Below, one piece after another: positions 22,736 to 35,324 of a stretch of 64,000 nt of DNA; position 1 is the stretch's first letter; each line of letters starts with the position of its first letter. Source of the DNA: Eledone cirrhosa (taxonomy: Eukaryota); assembly GCA_964016885.1 (NCBI GenBank), contig OZ024755.1:31186001-31250000 (forward strand), given 5' to 3'. Made by a program: the position numbers and the translations under genes. Below the pieces are notes generated by a model. The model worked only from the letters and a program-made list of their open reading frames with translations. It was not told the DNA's origin and did no database searches.

Positions 22736-23767
22736 TCAATCACAAAATTAAATCAATAATATAAAGAAATCCCTGAAATTATGAAGAAATTATATCTTGT
22801 TTTCCATCTTTATTTTTCTTTGATATTGCAATCATCATCTAGAATTTCTGTGAGAATTAACTGAGAGTTCAGGATTTTCTTTTTTTTTTTTTCATTTGAA
22901 AGTATTTTTGCCAATTATTTTCATATGGGAAGCCTATCTAGAACTTTCAGCTGAATAATGTAGACATTAGAAAACCTGGTGTATTTTTATATTGTGTATG
23001 AGGACTGCAAGGAAACAACACACAGACAAAAATAGCTAATTAATATGTGTGTATCCTAAATTAGTTTTCTAACAAACTGTTATACTCTAAATGGACAGGT
23101 GTGTGAGATTGTTTTTAATTTAGTTTACCTTTTGATCTCAAATGTCAAAAAATGAATACTTAGAAGGTGTAGTGGGATTTCAGGAAAGCTGACAGAGGGA
23201 GGCTTTCATATTTAATTATTGGCTTTCTTTACAAATTAGCAAACCACATTAACAAGACATTCTTGAATAGTACTATAGTGCTATGACTGTATCATATTAA
23301 ATATTGAATATTTTACATTTTCACAACAATCTATCCAGTTGTAAAAATACTGTAAACATTTGAATTTAACCCAAACTTTTTAGACCTTCCACTGGCTTCA
23401 GGGAATCCTTAATCCCTCATTGACCTCAGGCATATACAAAAAAATAATAATTAAGCAGATGTGCAGTTTCCATGTGCATCAGTAAGGAAAACTATAGATG
23501 CTACAAAACTGTTCTGTATTTCCTCTCTTCCCTGCGAATGTTTCATGAAATATAGGGAAACATAAAGGAAAAACTGTTTATTGTGATAGTATCGGAGGAG
23601 TTACATGCTGGCAGACGAACAAGCTGAACTTCTCAGATTCACACGTGTGCTACATTACCCCTACTTTTGATAGCAATCATAATATAAAAAAAGGGAGGAG
23701 TGCGGGACTGTGTCCTGGATATATTTTTTTTATCCCATTAGTAAAATAAGTTAGATTACTTTGAATA

Positions 23768-24242
23768 AATAATTGTTTCTACTTTAGGCACAAGGCCAGC
23801 AATTATCCCAGTGTATTACTGGTACTTTATTTTATCGACCCCGTAAGGATGAAAGGCAAAGTTAACCTCGGCGGGATTTGAACTCAAACCATAAAGGGCC
23901 GTAACTCTTTGCTGCAAAGCATGGCGTCCGACCCTCTACCGATACTGCCAATCCAACGCCCTTACTTTGAATAAATAATGAATGAATATTACATAATTTA
24001 TCTACTAAATTTCGTAGCTGTTGATTAAACATAAATATTCTTATATATAATTGTTTCTACTTTTGGCACAAGGCCAGCAATTACCCAGTGTATTACTGGT
24101 ACTTTATTTTATCGACCCCGTAAGGATGAAAGGCAAAGTTAACCTCGGCGAGATTTGAACTCGGATCATAAAGGGATGTAATTCTATGCTTATATAATTG
24201 TTTCTACTTTAGGCATAAGGCCAGCAATTACCCAGTGCATTA
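23768..24242 (-). mobile_element. Cluster of three SINE family 2 copies (one full, two truncated)
   Basis: ataattgtttctacttt.ggcacaaggccagcaatt at ~23769, ~24047 and ~24194. Confidence 0.85.
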
Positions 24243-24467
24243 TATATAATGATTGCTTATTTTAAGATTCACTTCTTTTAAAATTTTCAAATGTCAATAC
24301 TTCCGGTTATGATATAACGGATGCTATATCACATCGCTTATATAAACATTGATATATATGCATCGTTATTTCATAACATTTATATTTTTATAAACGTTAT
24401 TTCATAACGTTTCTATTTCCATCGCTAATTTTCTCCTTTTTCGTTCATTACATTTCACCGTAATCAT

Positions 24468-24782
24468 TTCATCATCATCATTTCATTTTACGTCCGCTTC
24501 TTCCCTGCTTGCAAGGGTGGGACGGGAACTGATGCTGGCCTAATTTCTACAGCTGGATGCCCTTCCTAACACCAACCTCATTTACAGTGAGTGCTGGGTG
24601 CTTTTTTGCCGTGGCACCTCCACGACCACTTTGCATCATCTCATTTCTACAGCTGAGTAAACTGGAGCAATGTGAAATAAAGTGTCTTGCCCAAGGAAAC
24701 AACACATCACCCGGTCTGAGAATTGAACTCACAACCTTTCGATTGCAAGGCCAATGCTCTAACCACTAAGCCATGTGCCTCC
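24468..24782 (-). mobile_element. SINE 1 copy with small internal deletion
   Basis: Matches 1279-1621. Confidence 0.88.
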
Positions 24783-25144
24783 ATGCAGTTTATATATAAT
24801 ATCGTCTTTTTTAAATGTATCATGGATTACTTTACTGATTACAGAAGACAGTGTAACACAGCCTCTCTTCATTTTCTCTGCATATTGTCAATTACGATTT
24901 TATTTGACATATCATATCTACATGTATATATATTTGTGTATAATATCAATATATACACTACACATGCTAGCAATAGTAATGAGGGAGAATTTTGATAAAC
25001 ACATAATATTTAATGCATTAAAAATAAAGATACCTTTTTTATTGGTTGACATGATTAATGAGAAGGATGTGTTTTTCAATGATGAGTGATGGTGATGCTC
25101 AGGACTGCTGATGCCTAAGGAAAGGTGTGTGATGGTTAAGGAAT

Positions 25145-25290
25145 GGTGTGGTGGTGATGGTGGGTGGGGGGATGATGAGGGGGGTGGGGGTGATAGGGAT
25201 GGTGGGGTGGGGGTGGGGGATGATGGTTATGATGGTGGGGGTGATGGTGGTGGGGATGATGGTTATGGTGGTGGTGGTGGTGGCGATGGG
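25145..25290. repeat. Degenerate (GGT/GAT)n G-rich tract
   Basis: Direct reading. Confidence 0.9.
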
Positions 25291-25690
25291 TTTCTGTCAG
25301 ACTAGTCTCACCCATTCGAATGGGTTAAATATGTATGAGCCATATGCCCTCCCCGTCCTCCTCCAAACACACATGCACTTTAAAATAAGTACTTTAAACT
25401 ATAATGAAAGGTAACTCCAACAGCCTGTAGTAGCCTGTTCTAGAATACTGGTTATTCAAAGTTCTTCATAATAAGTGAGAAGCAATGACAAAAGTGTACA
25501 GTTGAGTAATATTTGAAATAACAGGTGTTGTTTGTACAGCAGACCCTTTTCATTGAAACAGGTGTTATGGATGATAAATCTATAGCTGACACTAGTATTT
25601 CTGTGTGTATATGAGTGTATATGTACACATGCCCATATGCATGCACATCTGTGTGCGTGCGTGTGTGTGCGTGTGTACTCGCTTATTTTA

Positions 25691-26786
25691 TTAACCCTTT
25701 CATTATCATATTTCTAATTAACGACACTGTCTATGTCATAACACTTTCATTACCATATTTCTAATGAAAGACGCTGTCTATGTCATAACCCTTTCATTAC
25801 CATATTTCTAATGAAAGACACTGTCTATGTCTTTAACCCTTTCATTACCATATTTCTAATGAAAGACACTGTCTATGTCTTTAACCCTTTCATTACCATA
25901 TCTCTAACGAAAGACACTGTCTATGTCATTAACCCTTTCATTACCATATTTCTAATGAAAGACACTGTCTGTGTCATTAACCCTTTCATTACCATATTTC
26001 TAATGAAAGACACTGTCTATGTCTTTAACCCTTTCATTACCATATTTCTAATGAAAGACACTGTCTATGTCTTTAACCCTTTCATTACCATATTTCTAAT
26101 GAAAGACACTGTCTATGTCTTTAACCCTTTCATTACCATATTTCTAATGAAAGACACTGTCTATGTCTTTAACCCTTTCATTACCATATCTCTAACGAAA
26201 GACACTGTCTATGTCATTAACCCTTTCATTACCATATTTCTAACGAAAGACACTGTCTATGTCTTTAACCCTTTCATTACCATATTTCTAATGAAAGACA
26301 CTGTCTATGTCATAACCCTTTCATTACCATATCTCTAACGAAAGACACTGTCTATGTCATTAACCCTTTCATTACCATATTTCTAATGAAAGACACTGTC
26401 TATGTCATAACCCTTTCATTACCATATTTCTAATGAAAGACACTGTCTATGTCTTTAACCCTTTCATTACCATATCTCTAACGAAAGACACTGTCTATGT
26501 CATTAACCCTTTCATTACCATATTTCTAATGAAAGACACTGTCTATGTCTTTAACCCTTTCATTACCATATCTCTAACGAAAGACACTGTCTATGTCATT
26601 AACCCTTTCATTACCATATTTCTAATGAAAGACACTGTCTATGTCTTTAACCCTTTCACTACCATATTTCTAATGAAAGACACTGTCTATGTCATTAACC
26701 CTTTCATTACCATATTTCTAATGAAAGACACTGTCTGTGTCTTTAACCCTTTCACTACCATATTTCTAATGAAAGACACTGTCTAT
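25691..26786. repeat. 48-bp minisatellite (~23 units) starting TTAACCCTTT
   Basis: Unit ttaaccctttcattaccatatttctaatgaaagacactgtctatgtc(t/a); some 46-bp variants. Confidence 0.96.
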
Positions 26787-26796
26787 TGGTTTTCAG

Positions 26797-27030
26797 TACC
26801 ACCCTCACCACTACCACCACTGCCACTACCACTACCACCACTACCACCACCACCACTACCACCACCGCCACTACCACCACCACTACTACCACCACCACTA
26901 CCGCCACCACCACTACCACCATCACCACTGCCTCCACTACCACCCTCACCACTGCCACCGCCACCACTGTCACCACTACCACCACCACCACCACCACCCT
27001 CACCACTACCACCACCTCCATCCTCATTAC
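26797..27030. repeat. (CCA/CTA)n trinucleotide tract
   Basis: Direct reading. Confidence 0.95.
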
Positions 27031-27159
27031 TGCCAGATAATCTATTTTACTTAATCCCTTGATATCTTGTTGGTTTGGGATTTAAAACTTGTGTTGATAT
27101 AGCCATGGTTTAGTCTCTCCCTCTCTCTCTGTATTTATATATATGTATATATATATGTA

Positions 27160-27680
27160 AATATAAGTATGTATACATACATATATATATATATATATAC
27201 AGACGTACAGTAGTATATATATACATACATGCTCGGTTTGTTTGTAAACAAATGGCCTGAATTAAGCCGTACAGTGTTCGGCAACCATCGTTGCCATTTT
27301 TTTCAACACTGACTAAGGAACGATGAACTAGTTTCTAGCTTATTAGCTGTCATCAGCACCGTATACCTTCCTGTCAGTTGATTGAACGTTTGAAAGTATA
27401 TACTTTCCTTATGCATATTAACGGCTGAGCAGCCTAATTTGCATATCGAGTGAGTTAGTCGGCCGGGCGTACCGTAATCGATAAATGGAAAAAATGGAAT
27501 TTCATTTCTCACTCTTAGTACGGCTGATACTTAAATATAAGTATGTATACGTATGTGTGCATGTATGTATATACATACTACTGTACGTCTGTATACATAT
27601 ATGTATGTACGTATACATACTTATATTTAAGTAACAGCCGTACTAAGAGTGGGAAATGAAATTTCGTTTCATTTTTTTCC

Positions 27681-27682
<2 letters not shown>
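27160..27682. mobile_element. Unclassified non-autonomous DNA-type repeat with internal inversion
   Basis: 27200-27455 matches 43380-43692; atttcatttctcactcttagtacggc at 27500 is inverted at 27637-27665 and also occurs at 43300. Confidence 0.55.
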
Positions 27683-27724
<42 letters not shown>

Positions 27725-27769
27725 ATGTATATATGTATATGTATATATGTATATATATATATATATATG

Positions 27770-27844
<75 letters not shown>

Positions 27845-27847
27845 GTG

Positions 27848-27927
<80 letters not shown>

Positions 27928-28008
27928 TGTATGTATATATGTATATATATATGTATGTATATATGTATATATATATGTATATGTATATATATGTATATGT
28001 ATATATGT

Positions 28009-28080
<72 letters not shown>

Positions 28081-28278
28081 GTGTATATATATGTATATAT
28101 ATATATGTGTATATGTATATATATATATATGTGTATATGTATATATGTATATGTATATATATATATGTGTATATGTATATATATATATGTATATATATGT
28201 ATATATATATGTATATATATATGTAGATAGATGTATATATATATGTGTATATATATATGTATATATATATGTGTATAT

Positions 28279-28617
28279 AACACACAGTCCACGCTGTAAA
28301 TGTGGCCGTGTAGGCAACACGGTAAAAACCTCCCAGCCCCACACTGTAAATGTGGTTGGTGTTAGGAAGGGCATCCAGCTGTAGAAAACCCGCCAGACAG
28401 TCCACGCTGTAATGTGGCCGTGTAGGCAACACGGTAAAAACCTCCCAGCCCCACACTGTAAATGTGGTTGGTGTTAGGAAGGGCATCCAACTGTAGAAAA
28501 CCCGCCAGACAGTCCTATGCGAGCAAGACAACCACTCTTGCCTCAAGTGGGAAAACCCCCGTCCAAACCCATGCAAGCGTGGAACACGGACGCTAAACCT
28601 GATGATGATGATGATGA
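28279..28617 (+). mobile_element. RTE family A 3' UTR with the 112/113-bp duplication
   Basis: Same duplicated segment as 3608-3835; (GAT)n tail. Confidence 0.9.
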
Positions 28618-28633
28618 TATATATGTGTATATA

Positions 28634-28673
<40 letters not shown>

Positions 28674-28876
28674 AATATGTATATATGTATATATATATGT
28701 ATATATATGTATATGTATATATATGTATATGTATATATATATATATGTATACATATATATATGTATATATATATGTGTATATATATATGTGTATATATAT
28801 ATATGTATATATATATGTGTATATATATATGTATATATGTGTATATATATATGTATATATGTATATATATATATGT

Positions 28877-28926
<50 letters not shown>

Positions 28927-29030
28927 GTATATATATATGTATATATATATGTGTATATATATATGTGTATATATGTGTATATATATATGTATATATATAT
29001 ATGTGTATATATATATATGTATATATATAT

Positions 29031-29466
29031 ATGGCCATCCAAAATCACTGGGAGAGATGACCCCTTAGCCTTTGTCAAGGCAGAATTCTAGGAGAAGGAA
29101 AACTCTGATATAACACCTGCAACCCTGATGGTATCCAATGATGTTGACTTGTTCTTCTTTTTGGTAAATATTATCTTGGTTAAGAGAGTGGGACTGGCTT
29201 TGTGCAGTGCCTTTGCTCACTATAAAAGCTTCACGGCACAGGCATTGCTTTATATCTGGAGATCTCTGATCTCTCTGCACTTGTCATCACATGGTACCAT
29301 GGGCCCAGCACTATGTATCAATAATTGTCACAGGTGTAGTGTTTGTACCAGAGTTTTCAAGTCGCTGGCTGGACTAAAAAGTCACACTCGTTCAGCGCAT
29401 TGGTAGGGGTTCTCCTACATGGATATAAAGTAGTGGCCGTACTCGAAAACGAGTTGGCAGCCACCA
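29031..29466 (+). mobile_element. Non-autonomous RTE-derived element, copy 3 (5'-truncated)
   Basis: Matches 13429-13857, including the C2H2 remnant and the ggcagccacca end. Confidence 0.85.
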
Positions 29467-30512
29467 TGTGTATATATATATGTGTATATGTATATATATA
29501 TGTGTATATGTATATATATATGTGTATATGTATATATATATATGTATGTATATATATTTTTGTATATATATATGTGTGTATATATATATGTGTATATATA
29601 TATGTGTATATGTATATATATATATGTATGTATATATATATGTATATATATATGTGTGTATATATATATGTGTATATATATATGTATATATATATATGTG
29701 TATATATATGTGTATATATATATGTGTATATATATATGTATATATATATATATATGTGTGTATATATATATATGTGTATATATATATATGTGTATATATA
29801 TATATATGTATGTATATATATATATGTGTATATATATATATATGTATGTATATATATTTATGTGTATATATATATATGTATGTATATATATATGTGTATA
29901 TATGTATATATATATATATGTATGTATATATATATGTGTATGTATATACGTGTATATATATAGGTATGTATATATGTGTATATATATACGTGTATATATA
30001 TATATGTATTTATATATATATGTATATGTATATATATGTATATATATATATGTATATATATATGTATATATATATGTATATATATATATGTATATATATA
30101 TGTATATATATATGTATATATATATATGTATGTATATATATATATATGTATGTATGTATATATATATATATATGTACATTATGATATATGTACATTATGA
30201 AGAGAGAAGAAACATTTAGATATAATTAGTAATAAAATGTATCATACCTAAACTGCTCCTAGATTCCTCGACTACGTAGTTTCGTGGCATAAACAAAAAC
30301 AATACATCATAAAGATATAGAGTCTTTGCGAGGTCTATGTATATATATATATGTGTATATATGTGTATATATATGTATATATATATATGTGTATATATAT
30401 ATATGTATATATATATGTATATATATATGTGTATATATATATGTATATATATATATGTGTATATATATATATATATGTGTATATATATATGTATATATAT
30501 ATGTGTATATAT

Positions 30513-30858
30513 ATCATCATCATCATCATCATTTCATTTTACGTCCGCTTTTCCCTGCTTGCAAGGGTGGGACGGGAACTGATTCTGGCTTGATTTCTAC
30601 AGCTGGATGCCCTTCCTAACACCAACCTCATTTACAGTGAGTGCTGGGTGCTTTTTTGCCGTGGCGCCTACACGTCCACTTTGCAGTGGAATGATAGGGA
30701 ACCCAGTCCCTATCATCTCATTTCTACAGCTGAGTAAACTGGGCAATGTCAAATAAAGTGTCTTGCTCAAGGAAACAACACATCACCCTGTCTGAGAATT
30801 GAACTCACAACTTTTCAATTGCAAGGCCAATGCTCTAACCACTAAGCCATGTGCCTCC
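30513..30858 (-). mobile_element. SINE 1 full copy
   Basis: Matches 1279-1621. Confidence 0.88.
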
Positions 30859-30886
30859 AATGTATATATATATATATGTATATATG

Positions 30887-30917
<31 letters not shown>

Positions 30918-31032
30918 GTATATATATATATGTATATATATATATATACATATATATATGTATATATGTATATATATATGTATATATGTATATATGTATA
31001 TATATGTATATATGTATATATGTATATATGTA

Positions 31033-31091
<59 letters not shown>

Positions 31092-31164
31092 CTGATGGTA
31101 GCTAAGATGCTTCCATAGGCGATATGCGGGTTGAGCACTCTATGCTCTTACAGAGCAGAGTATG

Positions 31165-31491
31165 ATATAATAGAAAACGAAAAATCAGTGATGCATCTGA
31201 ATTCAATTTATTGTGTGTTACAATTGTTTCGCCGGCGGACAGCTTGAGACGCGATCCTTGTGTGGATCTGTCTGATTCTGGACCCGCAGGTTCGACGGAC
31301 ACGTCTAATGATTTCGGAGCATATTCTCTCCCGAATCTGCTCTGAAATCATTAGACGTGTCTGTCGAACTTGCAGCTCCAGTCCAGAATCAGACAGATCC
31401 ACACAATGATCGCGTCTCAAGCTGTCCGCCGGTGAAACAATTGTAACACACAATAAATTGAGTTCAGATGCATCACTGATTTTTCGTTTTC

Positions 31492-31500
<9 letters not shown>
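31165..31500. repeat. Fold-back palindrome (~165-bp arms, 6-nt loop)
   Basis: tataatagaaaacgaaaaatcagtgatgc...gagcatattc(tctccc)gaatctgctc...gcatcactgatttttcgttttctattata; contains GAAAcaattgTA. Confidence 0.85.
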
Positions 31501-31525
<25 letters not shown>

Positions 31526-31594
31526 TAAGAAAAACTATGAAGCTTTGTTTGCATGAGTTTAGGTTTTTTATTGTCTTTTAAGCATGTTTCACAG

Positions 31595-31734
31595 ATGATT
31601 GGCTCAGGGTCTCTCACAGAAGTTATGAACGTGACAGGGTCACTCATAGAAGTTATGGATCTGACTCCATTATCGATTCTCAGACTGATGATTCAGCAAA
31701 AATTATAGAAAGAAGAGGTGGACAGATTTTATGA
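31595..31734 (+). other. Candidate exon / terminal coding segment
   Basis: T-rich tract plus tttcacAG acceptor at 31594; frame DWLRVSHRSYERDRVTHRSYGSDSIIDSQTDDSAKIIERRGGQIL* in non-repetitive sequence. Confidence 0.33.
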
Positions 31735-32029
31735 GCAAAAGCAACTGGCAGGCGACCCAGGGGTAGACATTGAGCAAGATCGTTGGATAACATCGATGAG
31801 TTTGGTTGTTTTTGACAGGACTTGCTGGAAGGCGTGTCTGAGGACACTGCCCCCTCAGTCATCCCAGGATTAAGTGAAGAAGAAAACGGGCTTCAAATCA
31901 CTACATTTTTTTATGTATCCACCCAGTACATATTTAATAACGAAGCCAACACTTGGCATGGCCACCTTGTTGTTCTTTCCATCTCAGCAAATGTGTTGCC
32001 ACTTACTAGCACTTTTGTCTTTCTGATGT

Positions 32030-32178
32030 TGTAATGTGGTTGGTGTTAGGAAGGTGATCCAGCTGTGGAAACCATGCCAAACAGGGTTCCTCTTGACCTC
32101 TCTAGTGTCACACTGTGATGACCTAGCCAATCCATGGCTACACGGAAGGTGGATGTAAAATGATGATGATGATGATGA
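32030..32178 (+). mobile_element. Old RTE-type 3' terminal fragment
   Basis: gtggttggtgttaggaagg..atccagctgt...ggatgtaaaa(TGA)n. Confidence 0.7.
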
Positions 32179-32545
32179 ATGATGACAGCTGCCATTCGCT
32201 GTTGTGTTGTAGTGTAGTTATGGGTCACATTACACATTACCTGCAACTCTGGTTGGGCCAAGATTTATTCAGTAGAAACCATATTTGTTAGTGTCAGCCC
32301 AAATCAATTAAAGACTTCAAGTGCAGAGATTAATATCTGCAGGAGTTGTGTCATCTGTAACAGCTTGTTCTGTGGAGAACATTCTTAGCTGAGATCTGTT
32401 TGTTGTGTGGAACCATTACATTCACCAGGGTATTGACCTGTCATCATCACCAACAGCAGCATTACTACTACTGCCACTATTTTATATCTGCTTTCCACAC
32501 TGGTGTCATGATCTCTCCTTAGTTATATCAGGGACAAGCTCCCTA

Positions 32546-33250
32546 GTGCTGGTGCTATGATAAAATACACCCAGTACACTCTGTAAAGTGGTAGTGCTGG
32601 TGCTATGATACACTCTGTAAAGTGGTAGTGCTGGTGCTATGATAAAATACAGCCAGTACACTCTGTAAAGTGGTAGTGTTGGTGCTATGATAAAATACAC
32701 CCAGTACACTCTGTAAAGTGATAGTGCTGGTGCTATGATAAAATACACCCAGTACACTCTGTAAAGTGGTAGTGTTGGTGCTATGATAAAATACACCCAG
32801 TACACTCTGTAAAGTGATAGTGCTGGTGCTATGATAAAATACAGCCAGTACACTCTGTAAAGTGGTAGTGTTGGTGCTATGATAAAATACACCCAGTACA
32901 CTCTGTAAAGTGGTAGTGCTGGTGCTATGATAAAATACACCCAGTACACTCTGTAAAGTGATAGTGCTGGTGCTATGATAAAATACACCCAGTACACTCT
33001 GTAAAGTGGTAGTGCTAGTGCTATCATAAAATACACCCAGTACACTTTGTAAAGTGGTAGTGCTGGTGCTATGATAAAATACACCCAGTACACTCTGTAA
33101 AGTGATAGTGCTGGTGCTATGATAAAATACACCCAGTACACTCTGTAAAGTGGTAGTGCTAGTGCTATCATAAAATACACCCAGTACACTTTGTAAAGTG
33201 GTAGTGCTGGTGCTATCATAAAATACACCCAGTACAGTCTGTAAAGTGGT
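32546..33250. repeat. 48-bp minisatellite (~15 units) running into an RTE/SINE tail motif
   Basis: Unit gtgctggtgctatgataaaatacacccagtacactctgtaaagtggta; continues gttgctattaggaggggcatccaacc.tagaaa. Confidence 0.95.
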
Positions 33251-33419
33251 TGCTATTAGGAGGGGCATCCAACCATAGAAAGCATGCCAGACAAAAGGTT
33301 GTGAAGATGTATCAGTTATGTCAGGGACATGACAACCTCCCTAGTGTGTCTCTGTGCGTGTGAGTGTGTGAGTGTGAGTGTGTGAGTGTGTGTGTGTGTG
33401 TTGAACACACTGTCATTTC

Positions 33420-33678
33420 CGACAACAAATGCTCCAGCTGGTTGATCAACAGTACAGACTGATCATGAAATTAACACACAAGGAGCTAAACATTCTAATA
33501 GACTGGTGCACCTTTAACGTAATTCTCAGGGAGATACAACATAACAGTTTGACAAGGCTGGCCCTTTGATTTACTTACAAATATTTCTGTCCATTGAGTG
33601 AACTGGAGCCATGTGAAATAAAGTTTCTTGCTCAAGGATTCAGCATGTTACTACGATTATACTTATGGCTTTATGATA
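33420..33678 (-). mobile_element. Degraded SINE (CORE-like centre)
   Basis: gagtgaactggagccatgtgaaataaagtttcttgctcaagga. Confidence 0.65.
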
Positions 33679-34862
33679 GTCTAATACACTGACCACTACA
33701 CCATGTAAGTCTAACACACTGACCACTACACCATGTAAGTCTAACACACACTGACCACTGCACCATGTAAGTCTAACACACACTGACCACTGCACCATGT
33801 AAGTCTAACACACTGACCACTACACCATGTAAGTCTAACACACACTGACCACTGCACCATGTAAGTCTAACACACTGACCACTACACCATGTAAGTCTAA
33901 CACACACTGACCACTGCACCATGTAAGTCTAACACACACTGACCACTACACCATGTAAGTCTAACACACACTGACCACTGCACCATGTAAGTCTAACACA
34001 CACTGACCACGACACCATGTAAGTCTAACACACACTGACCACTACACCGTGTAAGTCTAACACACACTGACCACTGCACCATGTAAGTCTAACACACACT
34101 GACCACTACACCATGTAAGTCTAACACACACTGACCACTGCACCATGTAAGTCTAACACACTGACCACTGCACCATGTAAGTCTAACACACTGACCACGA
34201 CACCATGTAAGTCTAACACACACTGACCACTACACCGTGTAAGTCTAACACACACTGACCACTACACCATGTAAGTCTAACACATACTGACCACTACACC
34301 ATGTAAGTCTAACACATTGACCATGACACGATGTAAGTCTAACACACACTGACCACTACACCATATAAGTCTAACACACTGACCACGACACCATGTAAGT
34401 CTAACACACTGACCACTACACCGTGTAAGTCTAACACACACTGACCACTACACCATGTAAGTCTAACACACTGACCACGACACCATGTAAGTCTAACACA
34501 CACTGACCACTACACCATGTAAGTCTAACACACTGACCACGACACCATGTAAGTCTAACACACACTGTCCACTACACCATATAAGTCTAACACACTGACC
34601 ACGACACCATGTAAGTCTAACACACACTGTCCACTACACCATATAAGTCTAACACACACTGACCACTACACCATGTAAGTCTAACACACTGACCACTACA
34701 CCATGTAAGTCTAACACACTGACCACTACACTATGTAAGTCTAACACACTGACCACGACACTATGTAAGTCTAACACACTGACCACGACACCATGTAAGT
34801 CTAACACACACTGTCCACTACACCATATAAGTCTAACACACTGACCACTACACTATGTAAGT
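33679..34862. repeat. 30/32-bp minisatellite (~38 units)
   Basis: Unit gtctaacac(ac)actgaccactacaccatgtaa. Confidence 0.96.
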
Positions 34863-35324
34863 CATCTCTTTCCAGCTGATTTCTTCTAGAAAAAGAGAGA
34901 GAGAGTGTGTAAGAATGAATGTGTAAAACGGACATGATTGTGATGTGAGGGCAGTGTTGGAGGAGATACTGTAAGACATCCAATAGTGATTCTGTCTACT
35001 GCTGTAAACAGTCTTTACAGTTGTTGGTGTGTTGAAATATTTTCATATTAATATCATCTCCAATCAATATTGGCGAGAAATAGTCGTATTTGTAAGAGGA
35101 ATCACTATTATGTCCAGCTTATAAATTAGTCTGAAATTTATGGTGCCTTACATAGAAGACTCTTGCAATTAATATTGGCTGTTATTCTTCTGCCAGGCTC
35201 TCATGTATGGCTTTAATGGTGCCGTCTTTTCATTAAACTAGAAATAAAAAAAGTTTGAGTGTCTCAGACATTTGTCTAGTCATTTGTTTGAAAGAATAGT
35301 GTTTATGGCAGTTTGTGTATATCT

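Larger units (their letters stand above)
27684..31090. repeat. Large (TA)n/(TATG)n field interrupted by retroelement pieces
   Basis: Tracts at 27684-28278, 28617-29031, 29467-30175, 30337-30512 and 30861-31090. Confidence 0.97.

Noticed and set aside
25811-26780. MKDTVYVFNPFITIFL repeat membrane protein
   Set aside because: Minisatellite with 46-bp frame-breaking units, derived from a transposon end.
30255-30335. Additional hammerhead (minus strand GAAActacgtagTCgagg)
   Set aside because: Palindromic stem III and GUC are present, but no recognisable CUGANGA core or stem II; left uncalled.
33679-34862. CRISPR-like array of ~30-bp repeats
   Set aside because: Units are head-to-tail with no unique spacers, no cas genes and a eukaryotic context; the same applies to the 48/49-bp arrays.
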